From: Octopus bimaculoides
Taxonomy: Eukaryota
Assembly (NCBI RefSeq): GCF_001194135.2
Contig: NC_068998.1
Coordinates: 10,952,206 to 11,000,476 of the forward strand
Direction: 5' to 3'
DNA length: 48,271 nt
A program made the translations under genes and the position numbers. Under the pieces are notes generated by a model. That model saw only the letters and a program-made list of their open reading frames with translations. It ran no database searches and was not told the DNA's origin. Of this stretch, positions 1 to 11,125 are shown in pieces. Position 1 is the stretch's first letter. Every line of letters starts with the position of its first letter.

Positions 1-193
1 GCGGGTGACACGTAAAAGCACCTACTACACTCTCTGAGTGGTTGGCGTTAGGAAGGGCATCCAACTGTAGAAACTCTGCCAAATTAGATTGGAGCCTGGT
101 GTTGCCATCCGGTTTCACCAGTCCTCAGTCAAATCGTCCAACCCATGCTAGCATGGAAAGCGGACGTTAAACGATGATGATGATGATGATGAT
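1..193 (+). mobile_element. 3' part of a SINE/retroposon with (GAT)n tail (family B here)
   Basis: Ends ...ccaacccatgctagcatggaaagcggacgttaaacgatgatgat. Near-identical reverse-complement copies lie at 6374, 23777, 32089 and 33354. Confidence 0.85.
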
Positions 194-214
194 GTATGTA
201 TGTATGTATGTATA

Positions 215-475
215 GATAGATAGATAGATAGATAGATAAATAGACACACACACACATTGGTTTCAAATTTAGGCACAAGGCCAGCAGTTTCGGGGAAGGG
301 TATAAGTTGAATACACTGATCCCCCCACTCCCCCCAGTAATCAACTGGTACTGATTTTATCAACCCTGAAAGCATGAAAGACAAAGATGACTTTGGTGGA
401 ACATGAACACAGAATATAAAGACAAGCGAAATTCCGTTATGCTTTTTGTCCAGTGTGCTAACGATTATGCCAACT
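215..475 (-). mobile_element. tRNA-headed SINE (family C), degenerate
   Basis: Diverged reverse complement of the box GACTTTGCCTTTCATCCTTTCGGGGTCGATAAAATAAGTACCAG that recurs across the window. Confidence 0.65.
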
Positions 476-484
476 CACCACATT

Positions 485-530
<46 letters not shown>

Positions 531-879
531 NNNNNNNNNNNNNNNNNNNNNNNNNNNNNNNNNNNNNNNNNNNNNNNNNNNNNNNNNNNNNNNNNNNNNN
601 NNNNNNNNNNNNNNNNNNNNNNNNNNNNNNNNNNNNNNNNNNNNNNNNNNNNNNNNNNNNNNNNNNNNNNNNNNNNNNNNNNNNNNNNNNNNNNNNNNNN
701 NNNNNNNNNNNNNNNNNNNNNNNNNNNNNNNNNNNNNNNNNNNNNNNNNNNNNNNNNNNNNNNNNNNNNNNNNNNNNNNNNNNNNNNNNNNNNNNNNNNN
801 NNNNNNNNNNNNNNNNNNNNNNNNNNNNNNNNNNNNNATCTACTGTCGGGTGACTTTTGGCCATCCCTGTATGATGACC

Positions 880-1112
880 TGTGTGGTGAGCTGGCAGAGT
901 CGTAAATACACCGGGCAAAGTGCTTCATGGCATTTTATCCGTCTTTACGTTCTGAGTTCAAATTCCGCCGAGGTCGACTTTGCCTTTCATCCTTTCGGGG
1001 TCGATTAAATAAGTACCAGTTATGCTCTGGAGTTGATATAATCAACTTAATCCGTTTGTCTGTCCTTGTTTGTTCCCTCTGTGTGTAGCCCCTTGTGGGT
1101 AGTAAAGAAATA
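880..1112 (+). mobile_element. tRNA-headed SINE (family C)
   Basis: B-box-like GAGTTCAAATTCC followed by gactttgcctttcatcctttcggggtcgattaaataagtacc. Close reverse copies at 23410-23645 and 47650-47880. Confidence 0.85.
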
Positions 1113-1244
1113 ACACAGACACACACAAAATGGATTTTTAGGTTTCTCTCTACCGTATCCACTCACAAAATTTGCTTTCGTTGGACAGGGGCTGTAGTAG
1201 AAGATTCTTGCCCAAGATGCCATGCAGTGGGACTGAACTCAAAG

Positions 1245-1490
1245 TGAAGGCATGTGGCTGAGTGGTTAGGGTGTTGGGCCCGTGACCATAAGATTATGGT
1301 TTTGATTCCTGGACTGGGCGACGTGTTGTGTTCTTGAGCAGAACACCTCAGTTTATGTTGCTCCAATCCACTTAAAGGGTAAAACTGAGTAATCCTGCGA
1401 CAGACTGGCATCTCTTCCAGCTGGGGAATTTATATGCCACGGAAAGCAGCCCTTGAGGGTCAACATGACTCGAGAAGGTAACCTTTACCC
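1245..1490 (+). mobile_element. tRNA-headed SINE (family D, CORE-like middle)
   Basis: A-box-like TGGCTGAGTGGTTAGG, degenerate B box, then tgtgttcttgagcagaacac. Many homologous copies in the window. Confidence 0.75.
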
Positions 1491-1552
1491 TGCTCTTAAT
1501 ATAGGCCATATGTGGAGGCATGTGGCTTAGTGGTTAGAGAATTAGACTCATA

Positions 1553-2021
1553 CTCTTTTACTTGTTTCAGTCATTTGACAGTGGCCATGCTGGAGCACCG
1601 CCTTTAGTCGAGCAAATCGACCCCAGGACTTATTCTTTGTATGCCTAGTACTTATTCTATCAGTCTCTTTTGCTGAACCGCTAAGTTACAGGGACATAAA
1701 CACACCAGCATCGGTTGTCAAGCGACGTTGGTGGAGACAAACACAGACACACAAACATATACAAGCACATACATATATACGACGGGCTTCTTTCAGTTTC
1801 CATCGACCAAATCCACTCACAAGGCTTTGGTCAGCCCGAGGCTATAGTAGAAGACACTTGCCCAAGGTGCCNNNNNNNNNNTCGACCAAATCCACTCACA
1901 AGGCTTTGGTCAGCCCGAGGCTATAGTAGAAGACACTTGCCCAAGGTGCCACGCAGTGGGACTGAACCCGGAATCATGTAGTTGGTGAGCAAACTACTTA
2001 CCACACAGCCACTCCTACGCC
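1553..2021 (-). mobile_element. tRNA-headed SINE (family A) with internal microsatellite
   Basis: Minus strand starts GGAGTGGCTGTGTGGTAAGTAG..GGGTTCAGTCCC (A/B boxes). Nearly identical to 14338-14768. Confidence 0.9.
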
Positions 2022-2419
2022 TATAGGAGATAATAAGATTGTGGTTTCGATTCCTGGACTGGGCGATGTGTTGTGTTCTTGAGCAAAACACTTCATTTCA
2101 CAATGCTCCAGTGAACTCAGCTGGCAAAAATGAGTCATCCTGTGACAAACCAGCGTCCCATTCAGATGGGGAATATACATGCCATAAAACCAGGAAACCG
2201 ACCCTTATGTGTCGTCATGACTTGAGACATTAGCTTTATTTTTACCTTTATTTACTGAACCCAAAACCATGTGATTGCGAAACAAACCTCTTAACCACAT
2301 AACCATGTTTAAGCCTGTATTAAAAAAACAAGTATAAAGACCCTTCATGAGTCATATAAACTCACGGGGCCAGTACTGGATGGGACGCTGGTCTGTCATG
2401 GGATTATTCAATTTTGCTA

Positions 2420-2555
2420 ACTGAGTGAACTGGAGCAATGTGAAATGAAGTGTTTTGCTCAAGAACACAACATGTTGCCCAGTCTAGGAATCGAAACCAC
2501 AATCTTACGATCACAAGTCCAGCACCCTAACCACTAAGCCATGTAACTCCACTGA
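2420..2555 (-). mobile_element. SINE family D fragment
   Basis: Reverse complement of tggcttagtggttagggtg...gattcctagactgggcaacatgttgtgttcttgagcaaaacacttc. Confidence 0.75.
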
Positions 2556-3007
2556 GCTTATATTAAAAGAAAAAAAAGTAATTGAGGAGAAAGATCATAG
2601 AAATATATATGGAGATGTGAAAATAGTTGTTAAAAATATACCCGGTTTCTACAAAAGTTATTGGTTGGATTAAACAGCGTGTAGTTTGAGTTGTGGGAGA
2701 CAAAGTTGTAATCATCGCTCGGACCAAAGTAGAAGAGAAAGAGAGAGAGAGAGAGAGAGACTTGAGAGATTATAGAGTAAAACCATCAAGTTGAAGAAAA
2801 GTTATAAAATATAGCATCTTTCATCTGGATTCTGATTCAATGCATTTTTACATGATCTGAGAAGAAAAAGATTTGATAAATATAAAATAAAGGAAAAAAA
2901 AAAAAAATGTGAGGGAAGAAGAGATTTATATATTGAAAGTATTCAAGAAGTGTTACTCCATTAAGCAATATCTGCTGCTATCAGTCTAGATTGCAAATAG
3001 CATTGAG

Positions 3008-3284
3008 ATCTCTTTCTTTCTTTCTTTCTTTCCTTTTTCATTGTCTTTCTCTGTCTCTCTCTCTCTTTCTTACTTTTTCTTTTGTTTTCTCCTTCATTTC
3101 TTTCTTTCTTTCTTACTTTCTTCTGTCCTTTCCGTCTGTCTATTTTCCTCTTTCTTTCTTTCTCTCTCACTCTCTTTCTTTCTTTCTTTCTTTCTCTCTC
3201 ACTCTCTTTCTTTCTTTCTTTCTCTCTCTCTCTTTCTTTCTTTCTCTCTCTCTTTCTTTCTCACTCTCTCTCTTTCTTTCTTTC

Positions 3285-3319
<35 letters not shown>

Positions 3320-3345
3320 CTCTCTCTATCTCTCTTTCTTTCTTC

Positions 3346-3389
<44 letters not shown>

Positions 3390-3390
3390 T
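3008..3390. repeat. (TTTC)n/(TC)n polypyrimidine microsatellite
   Basis: Seen directly in the sequence. Confidence 0.97.
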
Positions 3391-4305
3391 TGTTTTACAT
3401 TCATTTCGCCTCGCCCCCGCCCCCCACCCTCACCGCCGTGTTAGCATGGGTGGAATGGTTTCTTTGCAGGAGCANNNNNNNNNNNNNNNNNNNNNNNNNN
3501 NNNNNNNNNNNNNNNNNNNNNNNNNNNNNNNNNNNNNNNNNNNNNNNNNNNNNNNNNNNNNNNNNNNNNNNNNNNNNNNNNNNNNNNNNNNNNNNNNNNN
3601 NNNNNNNNNNNNNNNNNNNNNNNNNNNNNNNNNNNNNNNNNNNNNNNNNNNNNNNNNNNNNNNNNNNNNNNNNNNNNNNNNNNNNNNNNNNNNNNNNNNN
3701 NNNNNNNNNNNNNNNNNNNNNNNNNNNNNNNNNNNNNNNNNNNNNNNNNNNNNNNNNNNNNNNNNNNNNNNNNNNNNNNNNNNNNNNNNNNNNNNNNNNN
3801 NNNNNNNNNNNNNNNNNNNNNNNNNNNNNNNNNNNNNNNNNNNNNNNNNNNNNNNNNTTTGATATCTTTCACACTTTTTACGTTTGCCCTTGGGCCACAT
3901 CTATGTTATATCATATCTTACTTATGCAAAAATATCCTTCTGTATCTCACCCACCATTATCATCCCTGAAAATGCTTACGTAAGCAAAAATTAAAGAAAT
4001 TACGACATAAAAGACTATATCAAAAGCTACAAATGGTCTGCAAGTTTTTCTGTCTTTTATCTTGTACTTTTTTACTCATTTCAGTCATTAAACTGTGGTC
4101 ATGCTGGGGCACTGCCTTGAAGAATTTTTAGTTGAATGAATTGACCCCAGAATTTAGTTATCTATTGTTTTTTTTTCAAGCCTGGAATTTTCTCCATCAG
4201 TTTCTTTTGCTGAACTGCTAATTTATTGAGATGTAAACGCACCAACGTCAGTTTTCAAGTGGTGGTGGTGGGTGACAAACACCGACACAAATAAAACATT
4301 CACAC

Positions 4306-4350
<45 letters not shown>

Positions 4351-4614
4351 CCTTCTCGACTGGTCCAGGAATCGAAACCCCAATCTTACGATCGTGATAC
4401 TGACACTCTAACCACTAAGCCACGCGCCTCCACTCTGACAAAGAGTACTTCATAAAAAAAACAAAAAAAAAACAATTTATTCCATTTTTGAATTGCTAAT
4501 TCCCAAAACTGACCACCACTGCTTCACTTAAATCCTCCTGTTTTACTTTGAGTATAGTCTTTCCTCACATTTAATGATGGTTTTCAGAGATGAAAGCATT
4601 TAAGTATAACTTTA

Positions 4615-4821
4615 TATTGGTTTCAAAGTTTGGCACAAAGCCAGCAATTCTGGAGGAAAGGTTAAGTTGATTAAATTGACCCCAGTGCTCAACTGGTACT
4701 TGTTTTATCGAACCCTTAAAGGATGAAAGACAACGTCAACCTCAGTGGGATTTGAACTCAGAACATAAAGATGAATGAAATATTGCTGAGCATTTTGCCT
4801 TGCATGTTAATGATTTTGTCA
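4615..4821 (-). mobile_element. SINE family C copy; its head is interrupted by the minisatellite
   Basis: aactggtacttgttttatcgaacccttaaaggatgaaagacaacgtcaacctcagtgggatttgaactcag is the reverse complement of family C. Confidence 0.8.
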
Positions 4822-5273
4822 GCTGGCAGCCTGGATTCGGCCAGATTGCTACCTGGATTCTGTTTGATCACTGCCTGGATTCTGCCAGATTGCTACCTGG
4901 ATTCTGTTTGATCACTGCCTGGATTCTGCCAGCTTGCAGCCTGGATTCTGCCTTATCGCTGCTTGGATTCTGCCTTATTGCTGCCTGAATTCTACCAGAT
5001 TGCTACCTGGATTCTGCCTGAATTCTACCAGATTGCTACCTGGATTCTGCCTTATTGCTGTTTGGATTCCGCCTTATTGCTGCCTGAATTCTACCAGATT
5101 GCTACCTGGATTCTGCCTTATTGCTGCTTGGATTCCGCCTTATTGCTGCCTGGATTCTGCCAGCTTGCTGCCTGGATTCTGTCTGACTGCTGCCTGGATT
5201 GTTGCCAGAATCCAGCTCATAGCTTGGATTCTGTGTTCTTGCAGCCTGCATTCTGCCAGCTCGCTGCCTGGAT
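4822..5273. repeat. 11-bp-monomer minisatellite with higher-order units
   Basis: Alternating (g/a)cctggattct and gccagattgct/gccttattgct/gtttgatcact monomers, about 40 monomers in all. Confidence 0.95.
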
Positions 5274-5619
5274 ATAACTTTATGCCAACAGAGCAAAGTG
5301 CAAAGATTATTTCCTTTAGAATTAAGAACATTCATGAAGTTCAAGAAGAATGCTTCTTTGAAATGATTGAGTGCATAAGACTTGAAGGGAGAGAAAGAAG
5401 TCACTGCTTGTGATGAATCATTCAATATGAATTCTGATAGAACTGGCTTCCACCATTTAGAAGAATTCAGCAGTTATCAATATAGCAGAGAAAAGCAGAA
5501 TGGGAGTATTAGCAATAGCAAAGTGTGAGCTCAGAAGAATTCTTGAAAAAAAAAACCATGAAAGATATTTGCTTTACTCTCAGTCATGATCAATACCAAC
5601 AATAAGGACTTTTAGAGAA

Positions 5620-6200
5620 TGAATAAAGAAGCAGACAAGATTATCCATTATCCATCCAACAACTTTGACCACTTCTTTGAATTCAATATCTCTAGCACTC
5701 GTGGAAAGAAAATCAGTACATCACCGGTGTACTGTGGTTGTGTGGTAAGAAGTTTGCTTCCAATGACATGGTTCCAGGTTCAGTCCCACTGCGTGGCACC
5801 TTGTGAGTGGATTTGGCAGACAGAAACTGAAGGAAGCCCATCGCATGTGTGTGTGTCTGTGTGTGTGTGTCCCCACCACCACTTGACAACTGGTGTTGGT
5901 GTGTTTACATCCCTGTAACTTAGTGGTTTGGCCAAAGAGACCGACAGAATAACTACCAGGCTTTACAAACCAATAATAAGTACTGGGGTTGATTCAACCA
6001 ACTGAAATTCTCCAAGGCAGTGCTCCAGCATGGTCACAGTATAATAACTGAAACAAGTGAAAAACGAAAGATAAAAGATACATCATTTTCCCATGCTCAA
6101 AATTGTTGAAGCATGGAATAAGCTATCCGTGTCCATTGCTAACTGTTAGGACACTGCATCCTTCAAAAATTCTATTCTCCCTGAAATTTACTTGGGGTAC
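5620..6200 (+). mobile_element. CR1-like LINE ORF2 C-terminal relic interrupted by a SINE A copy (about 5725-6079)
   Basis: Translations NNFDHFFEFNISSTRG.KI (about 5660-5715) and KIVEAWNKLSVSIANC*DTASFKNSILPEI (about 6100-6190) resemble the CR1 C-terminus (TRGH..K...FF..RVV..WN.LP). Confidence 0.7.
5725..6079 (+). mobile_element. SINE family A
   Basis: tggttgtgtggtaagaagtttgc..ggttcagtccc..tgactgaaacaagtgaaaa; internal deletion relative to other copies. Confidence 0.85.
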
Positions 6201-6373
6201 CTATGCACCCTTATTTTTATGACTTGTTTCATGTTCCCTTTCCCCTATTTCTTCCCCCCCCCCAGTGTTCTATTCTGTATACTGTACATCTACTTCTGGC
6301 TTTCATCACTATCCTCCTTTGACTTATACGTCTGCTTTTGGTCCCTTCTATTAACCGTACCCGATAAGTCGTG

Positions 6374-6529
6374 ATCATCATCATCGTTTAACGTCCGCTT
6401 TCCATGCTGGCATGGGTTGGACGATTTGACTGAGGACTGGTGAACCAGATGGCTACACCAGGCTCAAATCTGATTTGGCAGAGTTTCTACAGCTGGATGC
6501 CCCTCCTAACGCCAACCACTCTGAGAGTG
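6374..6529 (-). mobile_element. SINE family B
   Basis: Reverse complement of the element at 1-193. Confidence 0.88.
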
Positions 6530-6594
6530 ATGTACCTGAAAATTGTATTCATTAACTTTATTATTATTATTATTATTATTATTGTAATGAGGCT

Positions 6595-6815
6595 AGGCTT
6601 TAAAGGTGGTGAACTGGTAGAACCGTTAGCATGCCAGGTGAAATGCTCAGCGGAATTTCATCCGTACTTACATTCTAAGTTCAAATTCCGCCGAGGTCAA
6701 CTTTGCCTTTCCTCCTTTTGGGAGTCGATGAAATAAATACCAGTTAAACACTGGGGTTGATGTAATCGACTATCCTCCTCCTCCCCCAAAATTTCAGGCC
6801 TTGTGCCTATAGTAG
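6595..6815 (+). mobile_element. SINE family C
   Basis: aagttcaaattccgccgaggtcaactttgcctttcctccttttgggagtcgatgaaataaatacc. Confidence 0.85.
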
Positions 6816-7745
6816 AAAGGATTATTATTATTATAATGAGCTTAGGCTTTAAGGCAGTGAGCTGATAAAGTCGTTAGCACTCTGGGCAAGATGCTTCGCA
6901 GCATTTCATGTAATTTGTAAGAATTATTATAATGAGCTTATTTTAAAGAGAGCTCAGGTGGAATGAGACTTGTTGGAAAAGGGTAAAAAAAGAAAAGGAG
7001 GCAGAAAATAGATATTAAGTCTGGTAAAGAAAGACAGAAAAGGTAGTAGAGATGCATAGAATGCAGAATAAAACACAAGAAGGCATGAAAGTGAACAGCA
7101 AATGAGCCGTAACGAGGAAAATATGTATAGGTATATCAGGAGTAGTGTTGTTATTTTGGGGAGCAGAGGAATTTTGAAGGATATAGAGCTAGAAGTTAAA
7201 CATCTCAGTAACAGATCAGGTTATCAAACGCAAAAGATATTGGTATTTTAATTGCAAAAGCTAAAGAAATAAAACGAAGTAAAATTTTCAAAAAAAATTT
7301 TTTAATTAAAAATAAAACTAATGATCAACAAAAGAATGTGAAAAGCTGAAGAATGTGAAAAGCATCTCGAAAAAACAAAAAAAATATTTGCAGTTTGCAT
7401 CAACAAAAATTATACAGAGAAAGATGTGATCTTGGATAGATTTGTATGTCATGGATGGATGGAGATTCTGACATTTTGAATTTGCCCTTTTGTCTGAGAG
7501 TAAAGGAAATTTTTAACTAACCAATACCTTAGAATTGAAATTTGATGGCAAGAAATTGTGTGTGTGTGTGTGTGTGTGCATCTATGTTTGTATGACCCCG
7601 TATAAAATAGTGAGTCGACTGGCATCCATTTATTGAAAAAAGTAGAATCCAGCTGCTGTATTTGTTCATGTATAAGTTGCCTTCTTGTATAAGTCACATT
7701 CCAGATTTAGTGTTAAATCTTAGTATGTTCTAGATTTAGCATTAA

Positions 7746-7966
7746 CCCTTTCGTTACTAACCCGGCTGAAACTGGCTCTGGCTCTGTAGTACAAATGTCT
7801 TGTTTTCATAAGTTTTGAATTACAATCTTCCACCAGACCTTAGTCACAATTTATGTTCCTATCACTAGCTGAATGATAACTAAGTTATTTTACTAAATTC
7901 TTTGATATGTTTAAAGTAATTGAAAGAAACACAGAGCATCTCAAAATAAATGCGGTAATGAAAGAG
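7746..7966. mobile_element. piggyBac-like MITE
   Basis: TTAA on both sides (7742-7745, 7967-7970). TIRs CCCTTTCGTTAC / GTAATGAAAGAG match 10 of 12. Confidence 0.8.
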
Positions 7967-9118
7967 TTAAATCTTGGTACAAATATTTTCCCCTTCATAT
8001 TCAAATCTGACATCAGCTTTACCCCCTGTATAAACCACATCCCAGCTTTTTCACGATAGAATCGAGTGACTTAATTACACCAGTAAATGCAGTAATTAGG
8101 ATTAACAAAATAAGGACAGAGATTACTATGATTAATTAAAAAAACCTTAAAAAGACGTGTCCCAGCTACAGCCAAATGTCTGAAACCATTAAAACAAAGA
8201 ATGTCTTATAATAAATCATGCCATGTTTAGAAATCACAATATTGCCAATAACGAATTTTCTAGAAATTTGTCATTGGTCAGAAGCTGGAAAACAAGTTTG
8301 ATATTTCTGCTATTTTGAGACATTAAAATTGATATTTAAATAGTGGAACAAGTACAAAGAAAAGCAATTGCAAACAAGATATATAGAAATCGGCAGTTTT
8401 GTTATTTTTTTTCATATTTCTTTCTTGTTTTTTTTTTTCTAAACTGGGAATATCTTACAAAAAGTATTTTCTGCCCGAAGTTATCAGATCTGATAGGAAA
8501 AAAAAGTAGTTTTCTTTCATTTNNNNNNNNNNNNNNNNNNNNNNNNNNNNNNNNNNNNNNNNNNNNNNNNNNNNNNNNNNNNNNNNNNNNNNNNNNNNNN
8601 NNNNNNNNNNNNNNNNNNNNNNNNNNNNNNNNNNNNNNNNNNNNNNNNNNNNNNNNNNNNNNNNNNNNNNNNNNNNNNNNNNNNNNNNNNNNNNNNNNNN
8701 NNTATATATATATATATAGATATAGATATATATATATATATACCAATACACACGTACTCTACAGCAGATCATTCTGGTGGCATAAAGCACTTGTGGTCAG
8801 TGCCACATGAAAGTGCCAGTGCGACATCACATAAAAGTGTTTGTGTGGTGTCATGAAAAATGACAAGTGTGGTTCCACGTGAAAGTGCCTGTGCTGTGAC
8901 ATATAAAAGCACCCATGCCAGCATGGACTACAGACATAAAGAAAAATTTTATATTTAACTATTTTATATAAACTATGAATCATTTGATATTTAATATATT
9001 ATATAATTTCTATACAATACTATAATAATATTATAATAAATTCATAGGGTCTCCCAATCCACTGCCTTCTTCCCAATACCTCCTTTTTCTCTACTGCCTC
9101 ACCTCACTGCCTCCTTAG

Positions 9119-9174
9119 GCACCAGCATCCACCTGGATCGTCTGAACGCCCACTTTGAGAACCTATGTTCTAAG
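9119..9174 (+). CDS. Isolated 56-nt internal coding exon candidate, (G/S/R/C)TSIHLDRLNAHFENLCSK; host gene unknown
   Basis: Roughly 55-nt pyrimidine tract with CTCAC branch-like motifs ending TTAG (9117-9118). Donor AAG|GTAAAT. Only one frame is open (phase 1 in, phase 0 out). GC-richer than its flanks. Confidence 0.6.
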
Positions 9175-9339
9175 GTAAATAAATAATATATTACTCAAAT
9201 GTAGGTGTCATTTTTTTCTCATCGTCAATAAACTCCCACTCAGTCCCTTGTATTGTGCTAGCTTCAGAAACAGCTATTAATTGGTAGACGGGAAACGTTA
9301 GAATGTTTATGCTTATAAAGATGGTTCTTCTGCTTAGGG

Positions 9340-9505
9340 AATTGAATCACCATCATCGTCATCATCATCATCATCATCGTTGTCATCATCATCATCATCA
9401 TCATCGTTGTCGTCATCGTCGCTGTCATCATCATCATCATCGTCGTTGTCATCATCATCATCGTTGTCTTCATCGTCGCTGTCATCATCATCATCATCGT
9501 CACTA
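9340..9505. repeat. (CAT)n/(CGT)n degenerate trinucleotide repeat
   Basis: Seen directly in the sequence. Confidence 0.95.
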
Positions 9506-9974
9506 TCGAATGTCCATGTTCCATACTGGCATGGGTTGGACAGTTGGACAGGATCTGATTTATACGAGAACCACATTGAACTCCAGTGTTTGCTTTGGCA
9601 TATTTTCACAGCATGGATTGGATGTCTCTTTTGTACCACCTGCACCATTGAAGATATATATGTGTGTTTGTAATATTGTAGGTGTAGATGATCCTTAATT
9701 CTCATAATCCAGGTTGGTACAGACCTAATATACATTCTACAAATTGTTTCGGAGTCTAATTAATTGATTAATATCAATTTAAAACCACTGGCCTAGCATA
9801 TTGAAAAATTGTTTTGGAGTCCTGTATATCATGAGGACAGGCAAAGGGAAAATAATAATTGTTTGTGAAAGCTTAAGAGACTCTGATAAAGAAGTGTGCA
9901 AATTTATAGTGTTCGCATGTCAAATTGTTATATTCAGTAAATTGTATCTGTAAAAATGCCCTATTTACCAGTGT

Positions 9975-10282
9975 AGGCACATGGCCCAGTGGTTAGAGCA
10001 TCGGGCTCACAATTATGAGGTAGTGAGTTTGATTCCCAGACCACACTCTGTGTTGTATTCTTGAGCAAGTCACTTTATTTCGCATCAGTGCAGTTCACTC
10101 ATCTGTAGAAATGAGTTGCGACATCACTGGTACCAAGTTATATCAGCCTTTGCCTTTCCCTCGGATTACATTGGTGGCATGGAGAGGGGAGGTTGGTATG
10201 CATGGGCGACTGTTGGTCTTCCGTAAACAACCTTGCCTGGACTTGTGCCTCGGAGGGGAACTTTCTAGGTGCAATCCCATGG
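9975..10282 (+). mobile_element. tRNA-headed SINE (family D variant)
   Basis: tggcccagtggttagagc..gagtttgattccc head. The 3' part has reverse copies at about 21200-21460 and 36320-36650. Confidence 0.8.
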
Positions 10283-10774
10283 TTATTCATGACCAAAGGA
10301 GATCTCTTTTAAGATATACTCTCACACAAAATACACCCCTATTTTACAAATATATTTCATAGCAAAAACAAATTTAATATATTTTATCATAAATTCACTG
10401 AAAGATATTTCAAAGTGGTTTCATAAGGGAAAATGCATAATTCTGTGAATGTGAATATAATACTGTAACAGTATACCGGAATAAAGTATAAAACCATAAG
10501 TCTATCATGAATGTTATATAAGATTGTATTTCAGATTTATCTTCTTTCATTTCTTCTGTATGGCTGTTGATATTTTGCTTAGGAGAATTGTCATACAGGC
10601 TATAAAACTCGTATTTCTGGCTGTGATGTTTTATGTAACCACTGTTGACTATCAGGGTGCATACTGTCACTATGATTTTGTTGTCATCCACTCATTGCAA
10701 ACAGCAGACAAATAGATGAAGGTTCATTAACACTCCGTTCATCTTCCTGGAGAATTTTTCATTTGGGTCTTTTA

Positions 10775-11125
10775 TCTTTCATCTTTTACTCGTTCCAGTC
10801 TTTAGACTGTGGGCTGGCCAAGCTGGGACACTGCCTTGAAGAATTGTTTTAGTTGAATGAACCAACCCCCAATATTATTTTTTTTATCTGTCTTTTTTGT
10901 TGAACAGCTAAGTTATGGGAATGTATACATACCAACACTGGCTATCGAGTTGTAACGATGGTGAGGGAAACGCACACACACACACATGATGGACTTTTTT
11001 CAGATTCCATCTACCAAATCTACTCACAAGGCTTTGATCCACCTAAGATTATAGCAGAAGACACTTGCCTAAGGTGTCGCACAGTGGGATTGAATCCAGA
11101 GCCATGTGGTTGGGAAGAAAGCTTC
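10775..11125 (-). mobile_element. SINE family A, diverged
   Basis: ttccatctaccaaatctactcacaaggctttg..agaagacacttgcctaaggtgtcgcacagtgggattgaatcc. Confidence 0.75.

Noticed and set aside
1803-1950. Exact 69-bp direct duplication around a 10-N gap
   Set aside because: Identical sequence on both sides of a tiny gap is a typical contig-overlap artefact.
2991-3983. Long ORFs such as the 330-aa SLSFFL-rich one and all X-containing ORFs
   Set aside because: They are translations of microsatellites and N-gaps, not genes.
4822-5273. CRISPR-like or repeat-protein interpretation of the array
   Set aside because: There are no unique spacers, the context is eukaryotic, and the 11-bp monomer is not codon-phased.
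10410-10730. 93-aa minus-strand and 63-aa plus-strand ORFs in unique sequence
   Set aside because: No recognisable domain and no paired splice sites.
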